Shown here: piece after piece, positions 31,969-40,858 of the stretch
Position numbering within the stretch: the stretch's first letter is position 1
Layout of the letters: each line of letters opens with the position of its first letter
IMG/VR virus record: IMGVR_UViG_3300017650_000017
Coordinates: 1 to 40,858 of that record
Direction: 5' to 3' (one strand)
DNA from: a virus
Taxonomy: Duplodnaviria > Caudoviricetes
Length of the DNA: 40,858 nucleotides
Notes under the pieces: model-generated
What the model saw: only the letters and a program-made list of their open reading frames with translations
The model's database searches: none
What the model was told of the DNA's origin: nothing
Made by a program: the position numbers and the translations under genes

Positions 31969-34900
31969 ATGGCCGATCTCGCCGTTTTAGCCATGGAAAT
32001 TCGCGCCAATGGTGCGAACAGGGCGACGAGCGACCTGCAGCGCGTGTCGGCAGCCTCGCGCCGCGCTGAGGCGGCATCGAATGGGGTCACCGATGGGTCT
32101 ACGCGCGCAAGCGACAGTCTTCGGAAAATGGGACAGGCAGCGGCCTCAATTGATGGCCCTCTTGGCGGCGTCGCGTCTCGGTTCCGTTCTCTCGGGATGC
32201 TCATTCGGCAGACGAACGTCGCAACCGTTGCGTTGACGCTGGCATTCGGAGCGGCGGTTGTCGGCATGCGGCGGATCGGCGTTGAGGCGGCGGACACGTG
32301 GAGCGACCTGAGCGCCCGCATCGGTTTGGCCGTTGGCAATTTGGACAGAGCCCCGGCCGTTATGGAGCGCATCTCGCAGATCGCGCGACGGACTTACTCC
32401 GACGTCGGGCTCACAGCGGAAAGCTTCCTGCGTGTCTCAACGACATTGCGGGAGCTTGGCAAGAACACAACCCAGCAGCTGGATTTTACAGAAAGTCTCA
32501 ACAACGCGCTGGTCGTCAGCGGCGCAAAGGCGGAGCGTGCGGCCCAGGTCCAGGAAGCACTCGGACGGGCCATGGCATTAGGCGCCCTCCGAGGCCAGGA
32601 ACTCAACACCGTCATTCAGACGGGCGGGCGTGTGGCTGAAGTGATCGCCGCCGAGCTTGGCGTAGGCGTGAACCAGCTCCGGAAGCTCGGCGAGCAAGGA
32701 AAGATCACCGGGCAGATCATCTACGACGCGTTGACAAAGCGCCTGGAGCAGTTGCGCGAGGAAGCGGACAGGATGCCCGCCACCATCGGGGACGCTATGA
32801 CGCTTCTCCGCAACTCACTCCTCAAGACGATCGGCATCTATGACCAGAACGCTAAGCTGTCAGAGCGTGTCGCGCAGGGTGTGATCGCCATTGCGGACAG
32901 CCTCGATCTTCTCATCAAGGCCGCTCTCGGCGTGGCTGTTGTTTTCTCAGGCCGCATATTCGCATCTATCGGGAAAGCCGCCGGGGAGACAGCACAGTTC
33001 TGGAAGGCCGTCGCTGTTGGCGATGCCGTGCTAAAAGACAGCGCTACCGCTAACGCGATGAGGGCGAAGGCCGTATTAGATGGTGCCCGCGCTGATCGCG
33101 CTGCTGCGGCGGCGAAGGTTCGTGACGTTGAAGCGACCGTGGCACAACTGAAGCAGACGCTTGAACTCGCCAAAACGCAAAAAACACACGCGGCTGTCCA
33201 AGTTGATCTGGCCCGCGGCAGAGCGCAGGGCACCAAGGACGTCGAGGCCATAAACCGCGCGCTGGAGGCGCAGAACAAGGCCACACGCACAGCGCTCGTG
33301 ACGCAACGAGCCCTCAGAGCTTCTGAAGCGGAGCTAGCGGCTTCCCGAGCTCGACTCGCCGTCGCTACTAACGGGGCGACCCGAGCGAGCGTTCAAGGCT
33401 TTATACAATCGACCTCTGCAACGGTCGGGCTGGTCGCGGCTGAGAAGGCGCATCAAGTCGCTTTGGCCCAGACGACAGTAGCCGCGCGCGCGGCAACAAT
33501 TGCCATGAAGGGCTTACAAACTGTCGTCGCATTCTTCGGCGGATGGCTTGGCGTCGCCTTCACCGCCGTTGCGGTAGCACTCGGCGTGTGGGCGACACGT
33601 GCGTCGGAGGCAACGCGCGCCATGGAATCCCACAAGGCGATCGTGGAGAGCATTCGAGAGGCGTACGAGCGTGCGGGTAAGGCTTCTCAGGACTGGGCGA
33701 AGAACGTCAAGGACGGCTCCACAACGCAGGCGATCGCCAACCTACAGGCATTCGAGCGCGAATTGCAGGAGATTCAGCGCGCAGCATCAAGCAGAGCGAT
33801 AGGCTTCGGCACGCGGGGTGCGTTCTACAAATTGGATCAAGGCACACTCCCTGCTCTGCGCGCAATCACAGATCAGTTCCGCGCAGGAGAATTGTCCGCG
33901 CAGGAGTTCAAGGCAGCGATCGACCGTATCGCGCAATCCGATCTGAAGCTGCCTCAATCAGCATCTGGCGACATCGCTAAAGACCTACTTGATCTTGGCG
34001 ACAAGGCCAAAGAGGCGGAGGAAAAGATCCTCAAGGCGAACGCAGCTCTGCTGCTGATCCGCGGCAACGCATCAAAGGCCGAGCAGGAGAACGCTCTAAA
34101 GTTGCTTGGCATCGAAGACACAAAGGTCACCCCCCCACCCGCAGCCGAAGACAACCTGACCAAAGCTCTAGCGCAGATGCGTCAGCGCGTGCGCGAAACG
34201 GAGAACGAAACGAAGGTCATTGGGCTCTCGACATTCGCGGCCGAACGCTACCTGAACATGCAGAAGCTGGTTCAAGCGGCGATCAAGGACGGCCTGCCGC
34301 TGACAGACGCGCGCCTGCGTTATCTCGATGAAGAGGCCACAAAGATGGCCCGCGTAACAGCAGCCTACGAGGCGGCGTCGGAAGCTCAGCAGCGCCTGGA
34401 TGATGTCCGCGGCACCTTCCAGTCCTCGTTCTCAGGCTTCGTCTCTGACATCGCCAAGGGCACGTCAGCGCTGGAGTCGTTCGCGTCCGCCCTCTCGCGT
34501 ATAGCCGACAAGTTCCTGAATATGGCGGCCGACAACATCTTCGAGTCCATGTTCGGCAAACAGGGCACGTCCAATTCGTTCTTCGGAAACCTTGCGAACG
34601 GTAGCTCCAAAGGTGGCCTTCTTGGCGGCGTTTTGATCCCTGGCATTCTGCATCAGGGCGGCGTTGTGGGGAATGACAACTACCCTAGCCGCGCGGTGCC
34701 ATCGGCGGCGTTTGCGAATGCGCAGCGCTACCACAACGGCGGCATTGCCGGACTGAAGCCGAACGAAGTGCCCGCGATCCTCGAAAAGGGCGAGATGGTC
34801 ATTCCCAAGAGCCAGGTTGGCCAGCAGGGCGGCGCCGGCATCGTGGTCAATATCGGTCCAACCACCATCGATGCGTCGGGTGCTGATCCGGAGGCTATCC

Positions 34901-34995
34901 GCAGACTGGAAGCCGCGATGGTGGCCGATAGGCAGGCGAGACGCCGGGAGATCGTTGAGGTTGTTCGTGATGCTCAGGCGCGGAGGATCGCCTGA
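31969..34995 (+). CDS. Tape measure protein
   Basis: 1008 aa Ala-rich; tape-measure N-terminal domain (QLDFTESLNNALVVSGA, GALRGQELN); C-terminal RYHNGG.AGLKPNEVPAIL. Confidence 0.95.
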   Translation: MADLAVLAMEIRANGANRATSDLQRVSAASRRAEAASNGVTDGSTRASDSLRKMGQAAASIDGPLGGVASRFRSLGMLIRQTNVATVALTLAFGAAVVGMRRIGVEAADTWSDLSARIGLAVGNLDRAPAVMERISQIARRTYSDVGLTAESFLRVSTTLRELGKNTTQQLDFTESLNNALVVSGAKAERAAQVQEALGRAMALGALRGQELNTVIQTGGRVAEVIAAELGVGVNQLRKLGEQGKITGQIIYDALTKRLEQLREEADRMPATIGDAMTLLRNSLLKTIGIYDQNAKLSERVAQGVIAIADSLDLLIKAALGVAVVFSGRIFASIGKAAGETAQFWKAVAVGDAVLKDSATANAMRAKAVLDGARADRAAAAAKVRDVEATVAQLKQTLELAKTQKTHAAVQVDLARGRAQGTKDVEAINRALEAQNKATRTALVTQRALRASEAELAASRARLAVATNGATRASVQGFIQSTSATVGLVAAEKAHQVALAQTTVAARAATIAMKGLQTVVAFFGGWLGVAFTAVAVALGVWATRASEATRAMESHKAIVESIREAYERAGKASQDWAKNVKDGSTTQAIANLQAFERELQEIQRAASSRAIGFGTRGAFYKLDQGTLPALRAITDQFRAGELSAQEFKAAIDRIAQSDLKLPQSASGDIAKDLLDLGDKAKEAEEKILKANAALLLIRGNASKAEQENALKLLGIEDTKVTPPPAAEDNLTKALAQMRQRVRETENETKVIGLSTFAAERYLNMQKLVQAAIKDGLPLTDARLRYLDEEATKMARVTAAYEAASEAQQRLDDVRGTFQSSFSGFVSDIAKGTSALESFASALSRIADKFLNMAADNIFESMFGKQGTSNSFFGNLANGSSKGGLLGGVLIPGILHQGGVVGNDNYPSRAVPSAAFANAQRYHNGGIAGLKPNEVPAILEKGEMVIPKSQVGQQGGAGIVVNIGPTTIDASGADPEAIRRLEAAMVADRQARRREIVEVVRDAQARRIA

Positions 34996-35678
34996 TGTCT
35001 CTGATCATCACATCTGGCTTCCCGCGCGACCTGCCGGAGCGCTCGGATGGCCTGCTGCCGTTCGAAAGCGCAACGTTTGAGCCCGCCTACAACCAGGTCA
35101 GCCACTCGACCCGCGGCGGCAAGATCGGCGTCGTGAACCTCGGTGTTCCGCTGTGGGTCATGACGTTCGCGACCCACGTGCTGCCCTACGAGGAAGCTCT
35201 TGAATACGTGTCCTGGGCCCAGAGCCTTCGGGGCGGTGCGCTGTTGTTCAAGGCGTGGCATCCGTGGTGTCGCTATCCTCTGAACTATCCGCAGGGCTTT
35301 ACCGGGATGAAGCGTGCTGGGACGAGCGAATCCTTCGACGGCACGCTCACCGTGGCCTCGATAAACTCGACGCGAGATCAAATCATCGTAACGGGCCTTC
35401 CGAACGCTTTCGCGTTCAAGCGGGGCGACATGATCTCCATTCCAATCGGGGCGACGGGGCGGACACTGCATAGATTGATGGCCCCGTCTACGGCATCGGG
35501 CCTAGGAGCAGCAAATCTCACAGTAGAGCCCACGCTGCCACTTTCTGTTGTGGCAGACGTGACGGCAACCGTAGCAAAGCCATGGTGCCTTGCTGTGCTG
35601 AATGCAGACAGTATTCGCGCGCCTCTCCAATCCGGTCACATGGGCCGGGTTGAGTTTTCAGCAACGCAGACCTTCTGA
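34995..35678 (+). CDS. Distal tail / minor tail protein
   Basis: Follows TMP; W.MTF, W..SLRGG...F, GD.ISI, VEP.LP. Confidence 0.75.
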   Translation: MSLIITSGFPRDLPERSDGLLPFESATFEPAYNQVSHSTRGGKIGVVNLGVPLWVMTFATHVLPYEEALEYVSWAQSLRGGALLFKAWHPWCRYPLNYPQGFTGMKRAGTSESFDGTLTVASINSTRDQIIVTGLPNAFAFKRGDMISIPIGATGRTLHRLMAPSTASGLGAANLTVEPTLPLSVVADVTATVAKPWCLAVLNADSIRAPLQSGHMGRVEFSATQTF

Positions 35679-36308
35679 ATGCGCATCATATCCGCTGACG
35701 CCATCCAAGCACTCGAAACAGAGCGCTTTGGAGTGAGAGCGCTTGTAAAATTGATCCTCGACGCGCCTCTAGCGCCGTTCTGCGCTTGGGATGATCTTGG
35801 ATCGATCACGGTCGGTGGCGACACGTATGTAGGTGCAGCGGGCAGGTTTACGCTCAACGCCTACGCTTCGCCGTCTGACTTTTCTGCCCAGGGCCTCGAC
35901 ATCACATGGACGGGCCTCGATAGCGCTGTTGTGGCCCTCCTCGATAGCGTGGCTTGGCACCAGCGGCCGGTCGTGGTGCAGCGGGCCATCATCGCAACGG
36001 ATAAGCCGCAGATCCTGCACCTGGTTCCGGAGTTTTCCGGGTTCCTGGATGAGGTCGTATGGCGAGAGCACCGCGGTGGCGAGAGTGAATTGGTTTGGCG
36101 ATGCGAGAGCGCGGCACGTCAATTCTCACGCTCAGGTGGCCGTACAGCATCGGATGCCGACCAGCGCGAACGCGATCCTCTCGACGGGTTCTTTAGCTTC
36201 TCGTCGGCGGCAACCAGCACGCCCATTGATTGGGGCCGGATGCCGGAGCAGGCGGTCGCCGCTAAGAAGCCTGGTCTTCTTACGCGGCTATTCTCGAAGA
36301 TCTTCTGA
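35679..36308 (+). CDS. Minor tail (hub-associated) protein
   Basis: W.D.GSITVGG.TY.G, W.QRPV, F.GF.D, SDADQR.R.P.D.FF. Confidence 0.75.
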   Translation: MRIISADAIQALETERFGVRALVKLILDAPLAPFCAWDDLGSITVGGDTYVGAAGRFTLNAYASPSDFSAQGLDITWTGLDSAVVALLDSVAWHQRPVVVQRAIIATDKPQILHLVPEFSGFLDEVVWREHRGGESELVWRCESAARQFSRSGGRTASDADQRERDPLDGFFSFSSAATSTPIDWGRMPEQAVAAKKPGLLTRLFSKIF

Positions 36309-36724
36309 TGCCGATGCTCATTCGCCGGCCGGACTGGCCACAGCGCCTCAACCGAGTGATCGAGCACCACCGGGCGGCACAATTCCGGTGGGGCGAATAC
36401 GACTGCGGCACGCTTTTTAGCGATGTCGTCTACGCCATGACCGACTGGGACCCGATGGAGCCAATGGGCCGGTGGTACTCGGAAGCGACGGCAATGCGGG
36501 CTCTGCTAGGCACGGGCCATAGAACGATGCAGGCGTACGTTGCGGGCATCCTCGATGAGGTGCCGCCATCTATGGCGCGACGTGGCGACGTAGGGTTCAC
36601 GTCGGGCTGCGGCCCGCTTTCGTGTCCCGCTATCGTTGTCGGTGCGGAAGCGGTTTCACGCGACACCAAGGACTGGATGATCGTGCCAGCCAGTCAACTC
36701 ATGACAGCATATAGGATCGGCTAG
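36308..36724 (+). CDS. DUF6950 / NlpC-P60-like tail protein
   Basis: DW..RL..........F.WG..DC..F..D.V.AMT..DP, ARRGDV. Confidence 0.8.
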   Translation: MPMLIRRPDWPQRLNRVIEHHRAAQFRWGEYDCGTLFSDVVYAMTDWDPMEPMGRWYSEATAMRALLGTGHRTMQAYVAGILDEVPPSMARRGDVGFTSGCGPLSCPAIVVGAEAVSRDTKDWMIVPASQLMTAYRIG

Positions 36725-39324
36725 TGGCTTTCTTCGCGCCATTGATCGGTACCGCGATTGGCGGCATCGCGACCACGGCTGTCGGGCAGGCGGTGGTCGG
36801 CATAGGTCTATCGATCGGTGCCTCGGCGCTCTCGCGCAAGCTGAAGCCGAAGAGCGGGGGCACCGGCAGCAACGCCGGAATGCGCCTCAGTCTCAACACG
36901 GCGACTAATAAGCCGCGCGAAATAGCTTTTGGCGTGTGTGCTTCTACCGGGTCGCATGAGTACCACAACGCCTATGGTCCGAACGGTAACGATTACGTGC
37001 AACTCGTGCGTCGTCTTGCAGACGTGCCATGCACGGGGCTTGAGCGAATCTACGTCAACGGGAAACCGGTCACCCTTGGTAACTACGTCTCGGACGGGAA
37101 CGTCTCTGGATACAGCGTCGTCGAATATCCGGGCGGCATGTGGGTTGAGTTCCATGACGGCGCCTGGGGCCAACCGGCAGACACTGATCTTGTTTCCAAA
37201 GCAACCGGCAGCGCTTGGTCGCCCAATAACCGCGGCCGTGGCGTCTGCTATGTGCGGATCACGCTCAAATATGATGCGGAACAGTACAAGGACGGCCTGC
37301 CGGAGTTCCTGTTCGTCTTCAAGGGCGCGAAGCTCTACGACTGGCGCAAGGACAGCACGGCGGGCGGCGTAGGCGCGCACCGCTGGGGCCAGGAGAACAC
37401 TTACGAGTGGACCCACAACGCTGCCGTCATCGTCTACAACTACATGCGCGGCGTCTACGTCAACGGCCACAAAGTCGGCGGTCTCAGTGTCCCTGTGTCG
37501 TCACTGCCATATGACGATTGGACTGCTGCTGCGAATGCCTGCGATGAGACGGTTGGGCTCAAAGATGGCGGCTCAGAGGCGCGCTACCGGCTCAACGGTC
37601 TGGTCGAGGTCGATACAGACCACGTGGACGTTCTCCGCGAGATGATCGCCAGTATGGCGGGGACTCCAGTAGAGAGCGGCGGTGTGTTCCGGTTCAATGC
37701 CGGCGTCTCGCGTTCCGTCGCGCTGTCATTTACCGATGACGACATCGTAGATGACGCGGACGTCCATTTCATCCCAAAGCAGACGCGCGCCAGCCTCGTC
37801 AACGCTGTGTTCGGTGAGTTCCACGACCCCAGCCAGATCTACCAGCAGACTGCCCTGCCGCAACGCATTGCCCCGTCAGACGAGGTAGCGGACGGCGGTG
37901 AGCAGCATGAGGAAAGCTACGGATTCCCGTTCGTCACTAGCGGCACCCAGGGCCAACGCTTGCTGGAGATATTGCGGCGAGATGCTCGCCATCAACGCCG
38001 GGTGTCGCTCACACTGCGTCCGCGGTTTGTGGTGCTGGAAGTTGGCGATTGGGTCGAATGGACATCAGCGCGCTATGGGCTGACGAACTTCAAGTTCCGC
38101 ATCAGTCAGATCACGATAAACCCGAACCTCACCATCGACATCGAACTTAAGGAGGTCTCAGAGTCCATCTACGCTTGGAACCCGCTCAGCGACGAACTGG
38201 ACCCAATCCTTCCGCAGACTGTCGGTGATGGTGGCCACCGTCTCACGACGGTGCAGGGACTTGCCGTAACGAATATCGTGCTGCCTAATGGAGGCGCACA
38301 GCAGCCGGGCTTGCGCATTACGTGGACGCCAATTGACGACCCAACGGTTATTGGCCTGACGGTTCAGTACCGGCGCGTAGGCGACGCCGTTGCCATGGAG
38401 CGGCCGATCTCGCAGCCGAGTGCCGGTTCTTACGAGTGGGTTGACGGTATCCAGGGCGGCAGCCGGTACGAGGTGAGCGTTCGCCCGGTCACGCAGCCGG
38501 AACGGTCCGTCGCGTGGACTGCATGGATCTCGCCGGATGAAAATACGGCGCCCCAAATTGTTGAGGTGGCTGCGGTAGCTGAATCCGTCCCGCCGAACAC
38601 CATCACGCCGGAGATGCTTTCGGCACAGACCCGGTTCGAACTCTCGCTGGCGACGGCGAAGGCGGAGATCCAGGGCTCCGTGTCGGCGCAGCTCGCCGAG
38701 GCCTTCGCGTGGGCGCAGCAGACCGGCGAGGCGGCCCTCGCATCGCTCGCGGCCGGGCACGAGAACGGGGCGCAACTGCTCACCGAGCGCGTGGAGCGCG
38801 TAAACGGGCAGGAAGCTCTGGCGCGGCGGATCGAGACGGCGATAACACGGATTGACGAGAACTCTTTCGCTGTGACCGAAGTCATCGAGAGCATCGACGG
38901 CATCAAGGGGCGATGGACTGTTACGGTCAACTCGAATGGGGTGGCGACCGGGTTTGCGACGCTATCTGGAGACGGCCCAACCACCGGCTTCGTGGTGGCA
39001 GCAAACAGCTTCACCTATGCGGACCCGGACATCGCCGGCGGCACCCCGCAGCCTGTGTTCGTGATTTCCGAGGATCCGGAGAACCCCGGGCAGCATCGCG
39101 CCTATCTCAATGGCGAGCTCATCGCCGATGCGATCCGCGCCGGGGCCGTGAGCGCAGGTGAAGTTTCAGCCGTGTTCGGCAGCTTCGGGGAGATGAGTGC
39201 GGGGCTCATCCGAGACCCAGACAACAATATCCACTTCGATATCGCGAACATGAGGATCGCCCGGACCGACAACAAGATGGTGCTCGACTTCAAGAACCGC
39301 GTTCTGCGCATGGAGTTCGATTGA
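36724..39324 (+). CDS. Central tail hub / tip attachment protein (gpJ-like, FN3)
   Basis: 866 aa; KGAKLYDWRKDSTAGGVGAHRWG, AANACDE, FN3-like region, C-terminal DGIKGRWTVTVNSNG. Confidence 0.88.
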   Translation: MAFFAPLIGTAIGGIATTAVGQAVVGIGLSIGASALSRKLKPKSGGTGSNAGMRLSLNTATNKPREIAFGVCASTGSHEYHNAYGPNGNDYVQLVRRLADVPCTGLERIYVNGKPVTLGNYVSDGNVSGYSVVEYPGGMWVEFHDGAWGQPADTDLVSKATGSAWSPNNRGRGVCYVRITLKYDAEQYKDGLPEFLFVFKGAKLYDWRKDSTAGGVGAHRWGQENTYEWTHNAAVIVYNYMRGVYVNGHKVGGLSVPVSSLPYDDWTAAANACDETVGLKDGGSEARYRLNGLVEVDTDHVDVLREMIASMAGTPVESGGVFRFNAGVSRSVALSFTDDDIVDDADVHFIPKQTRASLVNAVFGEFHDPSQIYQQTALPQRIAPSDEVADGGEQHEESYGFPFVTSGTQGQRLLEILRRDARHQRRVSLTLRPRFVVLEVGDWVEWTSARYGLTNFKFRISQITINPNLTIDIELKEVSESIYAWNPLSDELDPILPQTVGDGGHRLTTVQGLAVTNIVLPNGGAQQPGLRITWTPIDDPTVIGLTVQYRRVGDAVAMERPISQPSAGSYEWVDGIQGGSRYEVSVRPVTQPERSVAWTAWISPDENTAPQIVEVAAVAESVPPNTITPEMLSAQTRFELSLATAKAEIQGSVSAQLAEAFAWAQQTGEAALASLAAGHENGAQLLTERVERVNGQEALARRIETAITRIDENSFAVTEVIESIDGIKGRWTVTVNSNGVATGFATLSGDGPTTGFVVAANSFTYADPDIAGGTPQPVFVISEDPENPGQHRAYLNGELIADAIRAGAVSAGEVSAVFGSFGEMSAGLIRDPDNNIHFDIANMRIARTDNKMVLDFKNRVLRMEFD

Positions 39325-39797
39325 TGGCTGGCGTGCTGCAGGTGAAGGATGGCGTGTGCGCCATCTGGACGGGCGCGACCGACGAGCTTCCTTTCACTCA
39401 GCCGCTCAATCACCTCGGGCGTGTCAAATTCCACTCGTCTCTCCCATACACGAAGATCATCGACGTTCGTCCGATGACGCTCAGTCTTCCAGGTGTCTCA
39501 GGCACGGCACTTAGGACAGCTAGTTACGCGTTGTTTGCGCATGGAAGGCCGGGCCAGCCGTGGGTTCTCGGCAAGGTAACCGTGAAAGGATACGAGGTCG
39601 CCTTCACGGGCAGTGTGCCGGTGCAGCAGGTTTCCGGAACGCCCTATGCGCGTTTTCTCGCGCTCGGGGCAGACGCGACCTACGTCTACATTCACGAATA
39701 CTGTCCCATGCAGGGCAGCGCGCAGGCGAACAATTGGACGTCGCTGCCGGCTATCAACGTGCCGATGACGGTCTACGTAACCGATGAGCTTCTCTGA
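39324..39797 (+). CDS. Tail tip accessory protein
   Basis: Coupled to the hub gene; P.NHL.RVKFHSSL.Y. Confidence 0.7.
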   Translation: MAGVLQVKDGVCAIWTGATDELPFTQPLNHLGRVKFHSSLPYTKIIDVRPMTLSLPGVSGTALRTASYALFAHGRPGQPWVLGKVTVKGYEVAFTGSVPVQQVSGTPYARFLALGADATYVYIHEYCPMQGSAQANNWTSLPAINVPMTVYVTDELL

Positions 39798-40051
39798 TGA
39801 CCGCAGCCGTGGAAATTACCCCCGAGCATATGCTGCTCGCCGGCGGCCTTTTCGACACTCACAACAGATACATTCGAAAGGTGTCGTCCGGGGAGACCAT
39901 GGCAATGGTCAACGGAGCGTCGATCGCCGCGACGTTCGTATCCGGTAGCACTGGGACAGTTCACTGGCGATGGCAGGTGGGTGCCGCAACATTCACGGGC
40001 GGCGGTAATCCGCCTGGGCCACCCAGTACTCAAACGCTCATCGCACTCTGA
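39797..40051 (+). CDS. Small tail tip protein
   Basis: TGATG-coupled; GGLFDT.NRYIR. Confidence 0.65.
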   Translation: MTAAVEITPEHMLLAGGLFDTHNRYIRKVSSGETMAMVNGASIAATFVSGSTGTVHWRWQVGAATFTGGGNPPGPPSTQTLIAL

Positions 40052-40545
40052 TGCTTCTCATCGACGACGAGCGGCTGCGCATCACAGGCGCTGATGGCGG
40101 CACGAGGTTCGATAGCGATGAGGGCCTCTTTCACCCAATCTCGTCCGTGCAGGGTGCGCTCAGCATGGGGCAGTACACCACTGGCAATGGCGTATCGATC
40201 AACGTGGCCGACAGTTTTTTCCTTGGTAACTGCCATGCCGCCTGCACGCACGTCATTGGCGCGATGAAGTTCACCCTCAACAACTACGCTGCCGGCATGG
40301 CGTTCGATCGCTGGCACACGATCATGGGCGGCTCGGCGCTCTGGGTTCTCGACGGCGAAGCGGGATTTCAATCTGTTGTCGGGTCAAACCAGCCCGACAT
40401 CATTCAGTTCGTCGCCTATTCGTTCCGAGTGACGTCAGGTCAAGTGTACATGGATCGACGGGTGGCGATGGGCGGCACGCCAGCCATTTACGCCGTTCTG
40501 CCGCACCAGATCCAATACAAACTCAAGGCTGGGTTATTCACATGA
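40051..40545 (+). CDS. Tail tip accessory protein
   Basis: TGATG-coupled; RLRITGADGGTRFDSDE. Confidence 0.7.
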   Translation: MLLIDDERLRITGADGGTRFDSDEGLFHPISSVQGALSMGQYTTGNGVSINVADSFFLGNCHAACTHVIGAMKFTLNNYAAGMAFDRWHTIMGGSALWVLDGEAGFQSVVGSNQPDIIQFVAYSFRVTSGQVYMDRRVAMGGTPAIYAVLPHQIQYKLKAGLFT

Positions 40546-40858
40546 CGGTTTGGTATCGCCAGGGCACCGCCTCGGTGAGCAACGGCTCACGCGCGGTTAC
40601 GGGCACGCTCACGGGCTGGCTCAATCAGGTGAAGCCGGGCGACGGCATCACCTTCGACGACGGCGGCACGTGGCACGAGGTGGCGTCGGTCGAAAGCAAC
40701 ACCGGGCTTACGCTGGCGAACGATTACGCTGGCGAGACCGTTTCGATGACCGCCTACGCCATAGACCGGCGTAGCCCGCAGTGGTCGCTCGCTTCCGATC
40801 TAGCCGTGAAGGTGGCGTCGCTGCTGGGCTCGATCACCACGCTGATCCTCACGTCTGG
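40542..40858 (+). CDS. Tail fibre / receptor-binding protein N-terminus (truncated by window)
   Basis: Manually read MTVWYRQGTASVSNGSRAVTGTLTGWLNQVKPGD...EVASVESNTGLTL..DYAG, open to the edge. Confidence 0.8.
   Translation, partial: MTVWYRQGTASVSNGSRAVTGTLTGWLNQVKPGDGITFDDGGTWHEVASVESNTGLTLANDYAGETVSMTAYAIDRRSPQWSLASDLAVKVASLLGSITTLILTS

Larger units (their letters stand above)
1..40858. mobile_element. Temperate siphovirus / prophage (partial, lambdoid gene order)
   Basis: ERF, cI/cro, replication genes, antiterminator, terminase, portal, capsid, tail tube, tape measure and tail tip in canonical order across the window. Confidence 0.97.

Noticed and set aside
31914-32372. N-terminal extension of the 31464-32372 ORF
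   Set aside because: Overlaps the tape measure antisense; the signal peptide begins at ATG 31913
36724-40858. Diversity-generating retroelement or invertible tail-fibre cassette
   Set aside because: No reverse transcriptase, invertase or TR/VR repeat seen; the fibre gene is truncated, so it cannot be excluded beyond the window

Overview
The whole window is one GC-rich temperate siphovirus or prophage genome segment with lambdoid organisation, cut at both edges. The host is probably an alphaproteobacterium (inferred from a GTTC-N7-GTTC LexA box, a suhB/MmgR-like RNA motif and gene styles). From left to right: (1) a leftward early operon with a coiled-coil protein, ERF recombinase and many small ORFs, including two tandem Rmf-like paralogs; (2) a cI/cro switch with four 17-bp operators and apparently leaderless mRNAs; (3) a highly structured ~300-nt leader after cro; (4) a replication module with a DnaA domain-IV protein, an initiator carrying palindromic iterons, and a Twinkle/T7-gp4-type helicase with a decayed TOPRIM domain; (5) a nin-like accessory region with a DNA methyltransferase, a metallophosphoesterase and a small gene with a LexA box; (6) a NusG-paralog late antiterminator, tRNA-Thr(UGU) and an HI1419/HI1420-type toxin-antitoxin pair; (7) terminase, portal, scaffold and capsid; (8) a glycosyltransferase cassette embedded in the head operon between two paralogous HeH-domain genes, the best candidate for an undescribed system (virion glycosylation); (9) head-tail, tail tube, chaperone with a likely -1 frameshift, tape measure, tail tip and the start of a tail fibre. 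No integrase, att site, lysis genes, CRISPR array or reverse transcriptase was recognised. All family assignments come from motif recognition by eye; no database searches were run.
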